64,000 nucleotides of DNA from contig JBPGPT010000020.1 of the NCBI GenBank assembly GCA_051047955.1, positions 62,001-126,000 on the forward strand. Direction: 5' to 3'. Source of the stretch: Cystobasidiomycetes sp. EMM_F5 (Eukaryota). Shown here in pieces: positions 51,884 through 64,000 of this stretch (positions are counted from its first letter, which is position 1; every line of letters starts with the position of its first letter). The notes under the pieces are model-generated. The model searched no databases. It was not told the DNA's origin and was given only the letters and a program-made list of their open reading frames with translations. A program made the translations under genes and the position numbers.

Positions 51884-52254
51884 GTTTAAGATTGAGACGC
51901 GATTTAGCATCGACGTGCACAGAGGGCTTCTAGTAGAGAATATGCGAGGCCGTCCTAGGCGTGCTGCGTTGTCGTCGTATAAAGAAGATTATCAGTCTGG
52001 GCGGCAAAAGTATCTTTGAGACCGAAGCGACGGTGCTTGGATTGCGTACTCTATTGAATCGTTCGATTTTCTACACGCCTATTATTACAAATCAGCCCTC
52101 AAATACTGATGGGGCTACTCTCACAGTTCGGGAAAGCTCGTTGAGAGGCTATACAACTGAGTAAATTACACACTGGCGACGCATATTGTCCGTGGAGAGA
52201 ATTTCATGCAATGAGTGATCGTTATGGTACTTGTATACAGAAAAGTCGGTGGCT

Positions 52255-55200
52255 TCATGAATGTGGCGAGAACGGCCGATTTGGCGGTGCAGCGCCAGGC
52301 GGAAGTGGTGAATGTGAGGCAGCCTGCTCTTGCGGGGAGAGTGCATATGGTGACGCCGAGTCTACGGACTGACGACCGCCCGTCCGGGTGGAGGATCGCC
52401 TATTTCGCTGTACAACACGAACCGCCCCGTTTGCAGCGACTGGACCAGGGTCGTAAAGCGATACTCCCCGAGAGCCAGGTGCAGTCGGCGGTATTTGCGA
52501 CCTTAGTGTGTGTGACGGATTGGGACTGGGTGTCCGTGCTGATGCTCGACTAGGTTCGCTCAGTTGCGGCGACGTGGTCTGCGAAACATCGTATGCGCGG
52601 GGCGACTGCGCGGTAAGGATGGCCTCTCTTTCGGACGCGTCTGCATCGAAACTGCCGTTATAACGGGGACTGCAGGATATATCGTTAGTCCAGCATCAGA
52701 ATTGGCGGAAGCAGTGCTTACTAGTCGTCATCGAATCTTGTCGATTGGTGCAGATTTTCCGAGCTTCCGCTCTGGTAGGGCGAATTCTCGTAGCTATGAA
52801 GAGGTCCTTCCGCTGCGTCATATATCTCGGTCGATGAGGGTACGTGCTGATACGGCTGAGATTGTGGCGTTGCAGACAGAGGTGCTGGCAACTCTAGTAT
52901 TTGGACGCTGTCTACACGCCTGGAGCCACCCGGCGTCGGCGCATTATAACCAGGGCTAGGAGCGCCCCCACGGAATGGGTCTTGCAGACCGCTAACATAC
53001 GTATCAGCAGAAGAGATGATCGATGTGCGATTGTTCGAATGCTGAGGTGAGTGAATGCGGTTCAAGCCCTCGAAAGTCGAATCGCGTGAGCGAGTACCAT
53101 TCTTCCATCGTCGCTCGCGCTCCCATTCTGCCCAACGCTTCATAGTGATGGACTGCGAATCGAATTCCCCGACTTTATCGCCATGTGAAGTGCCCTTCGC
53201 CTCTCCCTCTACTTTTCGAGTGGAACCCCACGTAAAGTCGTCCATATGCTACAGTCCACGTGTCAGTGGAATTTTGGCGAGATGAAGTAGGTGTGTACGT
53301 ACGAAGTAAGCATATGCTGGCAATACAGCATTCCAGATCGGCAGGGAGAACAGGTAGATGACCATCCAGCCCAGGAAAGCGAAGCGTCTGCTTGTGACGA
53401 CGATCAGGATACCAGGAAGACCCAGTATACATGCCAAGAGGATCAAAGGCTAGATCACAGCTCAGTAAAATCTTTGCATGCCATGCATGTATACCTAGCT
53501 CACGATTATCGGTTTTGGTTCTCGAGGTGTGCATGTGAGAACCAGGATGTATAGAGTAAATGCGATGGCTGCCGGCAGAACCAGCGTACCGACTAGTTCC
53601 ATAAAGACGACAAACTGCATCGAGAAGCAAAACGTGCCACACAAGTCTCTAACGAGCAGTAGTTCGAACAAGTTGTGAATGGTCGAGTTGATCCATCTGC
53701 GCCGTTGGGAAAGGAGGACTCGGAAGGTATCTGGTACTACGGTCTTGCAGTACGCTTGAGGACAAAACATCATTTTACGTTTCGGGAATGTCTTGAGCAT
53801 TAGAGTCGTAAGGTATCGATCCTCACCCAGCAACAATAGATTCTTTTTGTGCAGTGTATCGACGACGTTCTCAGAGTAATGTTCGACAATGTCGGGATTG
53901 GCGAGGATTGGTACCCAGTAGCCTTCATCACCCTTCGGTGCTTTGATACGGTACATACTGAAACAGCCGGGCAGACACGTCACGCCACCCCACATTGACT
54001 CGAAAGCCTTTGTTTGATGATGCGAGATGTAATACTCGAAAACTTGAATCATGGTGACCCAAGTTTCACTTTTGTTGGCAATCTTGGTCTCACCGCACAG
54101 ACCCATAATCTCGACATCTTGCTGCATGCAAGCCACCATGCGTGTGACAGAGTCAGGGAAGACTAAAACGGGACAATCAGCGTGACAGTATGTAACGTCT
54201 CCATCCCGTACACACCTTTGGTATCGGCATCGACCATCAATACCTGTTCGAAATTATCGGCAGTGATACCAGTGACGCGCCAAATGGAATTGAAGAGCTC
54301 ATATTCAAAGCTCGTCATTCGTTCGTCAAACATGACTTTTTGCAAGAAGGCCATGAGCACAATTTGAGAATCTCGCTTGCCTCGATTACCGGGTTTCGGA
54401 TCATGGGCTTCGAGTGGATTACCGCATTTTGCAATAAGAATCATTGGCACTCGCTGCTGCTTGCTAAGCTCGACCGTCTCATTATCGTAGTCGTAAAAGC
54501 CGGCGTAGACCTTTGCCATATTATGGCGCTTGTGGCCGTCTGCCACTGCGACGTATGAGGTTGCCTCGACCTCGTCTTTGGCGACCACAAACTCCTTCAT
54601 CATCGTGAGAACAATATCAGGGGTAGTGAGATTGTTGCCTGTACCCTTGACTGCACCATCCGCAATGACGAGAATGAGTTTGTGGCTGTTTGGGTAATCG
54701 GTATTTGCCAGCGAGTCGAGCGTTGTCCGCAGGCCTTCGGTCGACTCCGAGTATGCTGTGACTAGCAATAAAGTATGAGCAAGCGGGAAGCCGAATGGCT
54801 GGAAATCGGCAGGCGGCTGCGGTACATAATTGACATCAGCTGGAAAGGGGAATGGCCTCCCAAGTGCGTCGATCATGTCGTATGATGATGCTCGAGAATG
54901 TGCGACCTGTCAGGTGGTGAGGATATTCAGCCGATGCATCTCACATGTGAATATCGTGGGATGCTTACGGTAGACAGTGGCAAAGATGCGTTGCTCTTCG
55001 AGTTTCGGATGGGCGAATCGGGCGGGGATGCCTTGCCATATTGTGATTGCTGCTGAGACGGCTGCGGTTTCCCACCAAAAGCACCAAAGGTACTTTGGCG
55101 TTTCGAAGCATCGAAGACGGAATATGGTCGAGCGGGATTGGCTGTAAATCGACTAGCTGTCGGCAAGAAGCTTTTTCTCGCATTCTTAACGTTTGGTCTA

Positions 55201-57346
55201 TATTTTGCTGGTGCCGGTCGATAAATGTCGTTTGTCCATTGTTCAACTTCGTCCATTCGCTTTTGTCGCTCCTTTTCGCTTTCCTTCTTGAAACCGCCCA
55301 TCCTTCTCCCAAAGAACCAGGAAAAGACGACTGCCATGCCGAATTTGATACCTACGACGGCAAGAATGAAGACGAGAGAAACGTAGAGTACGATATCTGC
55401 AACTATACATCCCATGGACTGCGAATCGACAAAGCCAACGCGAATTGTATCTTCGAGACATTGCGCAAGTGTCCTGTTTCCGGAAGCGAGTAGTTGCATG
55501 GTCGAGTCTCGGCCGTCATATGTATTGTTACCCGTTGCAAGCGAGTCGAAAATGGCAGGATACGAGACGTATTGCCTGTCTAGCCATCTGAGGAGATTAA
55601 AGTCGAGAACTGCTCCGTTATATACTCCAAGGTTACGCGTCGTGTTTGTGATATTTTGCCAGGTGTAGAATACTGGACCTTGCCACTGCATTCCTCCGAT
55701 GTTTGCATTTCGTGATTGAGAAAACCAAGTTCTCGCTGAAGAGGCTGTATGACAGAGCCGTCCAGAGGCGTAGCCCGTCTTGTTGGGCGAGACGGAGTCA
55801 TACTGATCGTAGATATTGCATGGGAAGTACCATCCCATGTTTCCCTTTGCATCCTGGGTAATGGCCGTACTTCCAGCTGCGCGTGTAATGATACCCTTGC
55901 ACGCTCCATTTACATTTTGAAACATGAAAGATCCGTCTTTGCCACCCGCAGCCCAGTTAGAGTAGAGTGGGTTCGAGTTTGCAGCAATACCCGTCACTCC
56001 CGGGTGTTGGAATTTATCCATTGCGTAATCGTAACCGTGAAAAATCATACTGCCAGCTTGTACTGACCCAGCTTGGAAGTTGAGAGCGTTGTTGGTACAC
56101 ACTGCGTCCGTAAAGCCGAAAGTGAGAAAACCGACAGCCGTCATCAGACAGAGTATGATGGTCAGCAGGCCGAGCTTCTCTCGGAATGCTCTCCGCCTTT
56201 CATCAGAGCGGTAGCCTGATATCATCAGTCGATGTCAGTGCAAAATCGACGGGTATGATCAGAGATGAAAGGCGCACCTATTCGCTTCAGGAGAAAAGCC
56301 GGCAGACAAGCCGTAACGACGTAGCAATAAATCATCCACCAACCGAGGGGTGGCTTCTTTGCTCCTTTTGTCGTATTTCCGCCTTTGGCATTCCTCGATG
56401 CTCTCTTTCCGTCTCGTAGTAGCTCCTCTGGCGAAGCATTCCCATCCGGATCTCTACTCTTTCTACTTCTCGCCAATGTCGCTCCTCGTCTCAGGAAGCT
56501 CAAACCACTCTCGGTCGTCATTCCCTCCTCCCTCGCCAGTATACTCTTTCCTCTCCGTAAATCTGGTCGACCATCCTGGCCTGGCGCTAGACCCATCGAA
56601 GCTACACCACCCGCCCCACCACCGTACGGCAGATCGAGAGTACGCATATAGTTTCCCGGACCGGTCGAGCTCGCTCCTACACGACCTGCAGCCTCTGCTT
56701 CGTAGATGGCTGCATGCTGCCGATAGTTGAATAGCGGATGCTGCGGATCGAGTGGCGCCCTCTCTGGACGAACCAGACTCTTCTTTCGACGAAAGTCCAT
56801 AGCCGTCCCTCCTGTTTCCCCGTTGTGCGCTCCGTAAGATACCGTAGGCTGTAGTACACCCCTGTTGGAAGCATCGGTATCGGCAAACGTCACGCTCGGA
56901 TGGTAGATGTTTCCCTCTTTATCCCGTATGAGCGAGTCGTTTGTAGCTGGTTTGTAGAGTATATCGGGGGTATTGGTGCTGGGTACTGCTCGTGCGGCTG
57001 CGCCACTGTTCACTCGCTCCGACGGCATTGCGCGATGGGCGAGAATGTGAGCGGCAGCAGCTGACGGAGCATTGTTGGGAGCTGTAGGTGGGATACTATG
57101 TGCCAATGCGTGATTCCTCTCTTCACTGCTCGCCCCGCTCCCGGACGAGGTGTAGGATGGGAGTGACGAGACTGCGGGAGGCCCTCCAATTTGCTGACGA
57201 GGGGGCGGACTGCGTGTATTCACATTCGTGTTGATGGTCGCTAGCCCTGGTGGGTGAGACTGGCGCTGTGGATGGTGGAGGGAGCTGTCCGGGTGCGAGT
57301 CTGCCTCATCGGCGAAATGCAGAGGCGGCAGTCGATGGGGATCCAT
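52255..57346 (-). CDS. Chitin synthase, class IV (Chs3-like)
   Basis: [59 protein letters not shown] and QRRRW motifs. The last exon after intron GTAAGC...GCAG ends at TGA 52257-52255. Confidence 0.95.
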
Positions 57347-58298
57347 GGCGGCTAAGCTGAGCGGTACGGCGTGGAGTGAATACTCCGCTGAGCTGAGCTG
57401 GGTCGAGTGCGACTGCCTGGCTCGTATACTCTTGTAATGGCTCGTCCAGCCCAAACACTGAATTTACTGCCCCAGCTCCGAGTAGAGAGTCTCCCGTCCC
57501 CAGTACCGATACGTGGGTCAGTATATCATACTCTGCTTTGCGTGCCAGCAGTCAATGCAGCTTTGTTATTGTGTATGTGTGTCTGCGCTGTGTTTGCCAG
57601 ACTGAGAGAACTTTGGCATGCTCGATTGACTGAGACTGCCCCGTTTATTTCAGGTTGCCACAATTAGAGCCCGTAGTTGCCGATGGGGGCTGTTTAATTG
57701 GCTTAAGGATGGGTCGAGTGGGTGTAATATGCTCGAACTGCTACTCTGCTGCTGCTATTACATCGTGAACTTGGTGTACATTCACACCGGTGTTTGTATT
57801 CTGAGCGGGAAGACGGCGACGGGGACTTGGGGCGATGCAGGCACGGTGCGAGACGACTATGCTTGGCTGCGAGTATTTGCAATACGAGACCGACTGTTTA
57901 TGAGCCTGTACTATTTCATTTCCAATCTGAGACAAAGAATAGTGTGTGGGATTGCATTTATATATTCCCGTTTCTTCAATCGCAATACATCATGATGTGC
58001 TCCTCCAATGCCATTCGAGCACACAGAATATGATTGCTTGAGTGTTTTTGTGCACATATTCAACGTCCATGCCATTACAAAGCACACACTCATCTTGCAG
58101 CTCACACATCTCCGCCTTGAGCTTGTGTTTGTTTATATTGCCTGCCTATCAAATTCTGCCTTTCCCTGCATTCAGGCACACTCTTGTTCAACGACGCGTC
58201 AAGTACACATTGACGCGACTGATCGAGACGGAAAGGGCGTAAACAGCGAACATTGAGTAGAGCGATACATGACTTGTTACTCAGTTGCATAGTGTGCC

Positions 58299-61200
58299 AT
58301 GTCGAGATATTCAGGCTACAACCATGTCGACGACGAGGATATCGACGACGAGGCAGAGGAGCTGCGGAGTGAGACTCTGCCATCGAGCGAGGATGGGGAG
58401 GACGGAAGAGTGCAGCAGGGTGGGAAGCGGGAGAGACTGAGGAGCGTGCTGCTGCCTGCCATCCAGTCCAGAGTGACTGCGTTGGGAGGGTTTGAGGATG
58501 TCGTTCCCGAATTCGACGATGAACACACCGTCAAAGCGTACAGGCTAGGAGACGAGGCACTGGGCTGTCTCAAAGACCTGAAGCGGTTCTGGAAGTTGGA
58601 CGATACAGACGAGGAGAGGACGATTGCGAGGATATTCTTCGAGGCTGGCCTGCTCAAGAATGATCTCGTCCACATTGTCAATGCAGCCGGAAAACCTGGA
58701 GCGTCCACAAGGCAAGAAAAGGCGGCACTGGCAAGTGGTGAGCCATAATCCGACAGAGCTCTATTCAGGCTGTGTCTAATCCATTCAACTGACCACAGCC
58801 GACCTCATGTCCGCAATGACATGGCCCATCAGTCCAATCGAAGAACTACGCGATGCCGAACTGCAAGGAGGGAAGAGCGGTCTGGAAGCTCTGTCAAAAG
58901 TAGACTATTCCGGATTGATTGCCATTCAGAGGGTCTACAAATCCGTCATTCTCAAGAGCGGGGTCGTCGGCACACTCTGTGCAATGTTGGTGCCGAGGCT
59001 ACAAAAGGGCCCGAGGTGGGTTATTTTACGCCAGGACGAATGTGTCGAGAAGCTGATAAATGCCCTATGTTATCTTATCCTACTTTCTTCTACTACATAC
59101 GCTTCGTGCTTTCTAGAGAACGAACCGAACGAGACGAAAATGTAATCAGTCTGATTCTCCACATCTTTCGAAATTTGGCATACATTAAAGATCGGACAGT
59201 CTCGTCTCACCACTCTGCCGAGGCGATAGAGGAGTCTACTCTTCAAGTGAGCATTTCCATCGACGACTTTACTCGGACGAGACTGACGTGTCCTTTGTTC
59301 GAATAGTCTGAATTCATCTGCCAGCTGGCTTCCGAAAACGTCTTTGATATGCTCATCACCATTGCTTCCCTCTCTCACCAATCACAGTACAATCAATGGA
59401 ATATCCTCTGTCTCGAAGTCTTCTTTCTCATCTTTCGATGCGTCGAGCGAGCGGATCTGCTCGTAAAGAAGAGCGAGGATGTAGGCAAGGTGATGCGCGT
59501 CGAAAAGCTGAGCAAGCTACTGGACGCGGAAGCATCTCGCAAAAAGTTGAATGGGAGAAGAGGTGCAACGAGGCATTCGAGGTTTGGAACGACAGTCACT
59601 ATAGAGTCGGGTAAGGATAGAGTAGTCCTCCATAAACAGGCGGCAGTGGCCATGGCCCACATCAATCCGGGCCAGATACTAGATATGGGAAGGAGAAAGA
59701 AGGCAAAGACGGTAAAAAGGGAGAATGACCTAGCTGCTCCAGCGGATCTCACACCGGAAGCTATCAGCATACTACAAGCGGTGGCTATGTCGTTTGTCGA
59801 GAGCGCTTTCAATCGTGCGTATATTCTATCGAGACGCATTCGCGACATTGATCTGACATCGTCTGCATTAAACTATTCTTAGCCTTCTTTGGGTCAGTCT
59901 TGAAGGACATTCGAATGCAGCGACAAAAAGTACGAGAAGCAGACCACGCAAAATACCTCTTCCTCGTCCGTTTCTTCCTGGAATACTTTCTTGCCCTCCT
60001 TGCGTGGGAGAAGAGTAGAAATATCGATCCAGAGTCCGACGACGGACATGACTTTAATCTGGTGGCCGAAATGACGGAACATGCTAGTTTGTTGTACGTC
60101 TGTATGCGCATGCAGAGCGCTATGGAGATGAAGGTGAGTGGAAGCGTTGTAGACGCAGGCGATGGAGTAGAGGAGGCTGACGTGCTGTGTTCGCAGCCCA
60201 TATTATGGACGGACTTGCATGCCGCTGTGGATTGTTATACACAGTTGGTGCGTGTAGAGAGATGTTCAAGCAAAGTCATCGGCTGAATTTTGAATATCGC
60301 AGCTGCTGGTCATTGACGCGCTCGCTTCGTCAAATAACGAGGTCTACCAAGAAGTGGCAGAGAATCTGCAAAGCAAGCTGTACTATCAGGGTGAAACTCT
60401 GGATATCCTGCTTGTCGTCATCAAGAATTACAAGGATCAGTCTCTGAGGTAAGTAACCGCGTCTTGTCAATTGTTGGCATAGTAACACATCACGTCTCAT
60501 CACGTCTGTATAGCTACCTTGGCGCAATTGTAAATATGGCATATGTCAAGCTTCGAATGCTGGAAAAGTATAGCAAGAATCGCGACCATATGTACATCAA
60601 GAAGAAGGCTGGACGCGGTAGAAAAGGCGGAGATGGGAATGATGACGAGGCCGAGCGAGAGAATATAACGAAATACAAAGAATCTGGGTTCGAATTCTCA
60701 AAGTTTGAAAGGGTGAGAGGATGTGAATGTACGGAATGGCAATAAGCAAGCTGATACAGACCTTCTCACGTCCAAAAGAGATTCTCGTCGACGCATTGTA
60801 TTGCAACATACCTCAGATATCTTTCAGGATACAAGGACTTTACGGATGACGAGCAGATGAAGCGGGTCGTCAAGCTACTCTACCGAGCGGCAGTCAATGC
60901 CAAAGGCGAAGGCATGTTCTTCAAGGTATGTGGGCCAACAACTCTTACCTTCTAGGCTGTGTTTGCTGACATGAGAGGTATCCTAGGCCACGACCTTGGA
61001 GTTATTCCGAAGGATCCTTGATGATCGCGCGTATTTACCCCGCACACCTGCTTATGGCGACCTTGCAAAGCTTATTACGTATATACTCAAGACGTTCTTC
61101 AAAGTCGCAAAGGAAGAGCCAATGTTGCTTATCGAGACTTTCTTTACAAATCGATACAACGATGCTCTCAAGGCTGTTCATGGCGCCGAGGACAGCGATA

Positions 61201-62758
61201 ACGATGACGATGAGCCCAAAGTGGGTATTGATGCTTCGCGCACGGATCTAGAGGGCTGAAACCTTGTACCGTACAGCCCCTCAAGCTCAGTGCAGATCTC
61301 ATCTTCAAGCGAAATGTTGAAAAGTCGTATTCCTGGTCTGAGCAAGTCAAGATTGCAGTATCCATTCTCAACGAGAAGAACCGAGACGATCTCATTGAAT
61401 GGGTCAAGGCGAACCTCGCCAAGGTGGCAAAGGAGAGAGATGCTGTCCTTGCTGAAGTCGATGCGAATCGTCAAGAAGAGATTGATGCTTTGCAAGCAGA
61501 GAGCGATGAAGATGATGACGCTTTTGCGATGCGCAAAATGCGCATGCTTACTGGCGGGCCTTCGGATGCTGCAAAGGAAGCTTTGCAGGCGCACGGTAGG
61601 CGAAGTCCACGGACCATTCATGCCGAAAACTGATACCTTTTGCGTGTGATGCAGATGTTGCCTATGCGGATGAGGCTATTGAAAAGGAGGCCACCAAGAA
61701 CAGAGAATTGCGCTTATTACTCAAGCTCCTGCACTGGGAATTCCAGGAATCGGCTTCTGGACTGATCTGGACAGTCCCTGCTTCACGTCTACCATCGGAA
61801 CTGCGCGGCGATATTCGCATTATTGACGACGCACTGCTCGACCCTCTGGATGCTGAGAACAGTAAAGGCTTCCAGGCGATGGTCACTACCAAGGCGAAGA
61901 GCAGACGTGTGCGCGCCGCTTCGTCTGATGACAACAGTGATGACGACGAAGACGACGGCGTTGTGTTTTCGGACCCGGAAGTCGCGGCTGCCGTCGCGGG
62001 CGAGAAAGCCCGGAAGAAGAAGCAAAAGAGAAAGCTGCGAAAGAGTAAATCTGCTGAAGGGCTTAATGAGGATAACGAAATGGAAGCGACTCAGGGTGGA
62101 ACGAGAAGGCGCAGAGCTGCTGCAGAGCATAAGGCGTACCATACTTCCGAATTCATCGTCGATTCTGATGATGACCCTGAAGCGGACCGTGCGTTCTTCG
62201 AGAAGGAAGCTGCGAGAAGAGCTGCCATGGAGGCCGGTACTGCGCATCTCATACCAGCTGCATCTCAGCCAAAGAAGAAGGGCAGGAAGAAGGCAGGAAG
62301 GAATCAGAAGAAGCAGGGCAGCCAATTGCCATCTGGTGATTCTGATCAAGAGGACGGCGGAGACAAAGGTGAATCCGGAGTCATGTTGGTCGCAGGCTAT
62401 AGCTGATGGTGTCGAGGTTACAGTAGCAGTTACCACTGGCGCATCCGACTCTGACACACTCCAGCCAACGCGAAAGGCTTCACAACTTGCAAAACCCCGT
62501 CAGAGAATGAAGAAAAGCGACAAGGAAAGTAAAAACGCTGGCACGAAACGTAAGGCTCGAGTGCCGACTCCGCAGGCGGAGGACTCGGAGCAGAGTTCAG
62601 AGCCTTCTGGAAGCTCGAGGATAGTGAAACGTAGTCGACCAGCTGCCTCGTCTGATGCTGGAGATGGCAGTGATATCGAAAACGCATCGCGCTTGGATGA
62701 TGTTTCCTCGAAGCGGAAAGCTGGGCGGGTGGTTGTGGACAGCGAGGATGACGATTGA
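58299..62758 (+). CDS. TOF1: Replication fork protection subunit Tof1/Swi1/Timeless
   Basis: VTALGGFE..YRLGDEALGCLKDLKRFWKLDD, AMTWPI, ILHIFRNLAYIKD, TRHSRFGT, MLEKYSK, LLHRAAV, RLLLKLL; acidic/basic disordered tail. Confidence 0.92.
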
Positions 62759-62957
62759 GGAGTGTACTACAGTCCAGTACTCATTGAGCGTTGTACTTTT
62801 ATGCTTGACCCTGTTGACGTTCGATCGCGACCGGTCTGACAGGGCCACCTTCTGATGAACAACGGCAGGGCACCAACGGACTCCGACCACCTGTCAGCCT
62901 GTTAACGAACCAGGAAATAAAGCGCACAATCACTTTAAAGCTGCAACAAAGCTCAAC

Positions 62958-64000
<1,043 letters not shown>

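Noticed and set aside
57347..58298. ~950-bp divergent spacer with short ORFs between chitin synthase and TOF1
   Set aside because: The ORFs lack protein-like motifs and I found no RNA structure or repeat. Most likely promoter/UTR.

Overview
Gene-dense, intron-rich eukaryotic DNA (introns of about 45-70 nt with GTRAGT/GTATGT donors, CTRAY branch points and YAG acceptors). It is best read as a basidiomycete fungus, probably a Pucciniomycotina yeast (inference). From left to right: two diverged tandem paralogs of an orphan gene with a small orphan ORF between them; a divergent SDR / PTS1-bearing enoyl-CoA hydratase pair; a Set3/Set4-like PHD+SET protein; BRR2; a Yvc1/TRP-like channel; a Stb2/Stb6-like gene; a tRNA-Thr(UGU); then MPP6-like, KAR5-like, NBS1, hydroxyacid-oxoacid transhydrogenase, a tiny ubiquitin-fold-like orphan, a YML020W-like hydrolase, the complex I 49 kDa subunit, two tandem MFS transporters, calnexin, a class IV chitin synthase, TOF1/timeless and the 5' part of GDP-mannose 4,6-dehydratase. 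The standout is the tRNA-Thr gene at 28451-28589. Besides an ordinary 10-nt intron at 37/38, its D-loop is split at position 14/15 by a 57-nt insert with the layout of a spliceosomal (U2-type) intron with AT-AC ends: ATAAGT ... GACTAAT ... pyrimidines ... TAC. Exon boundaries were read by eye and no database searches were run.
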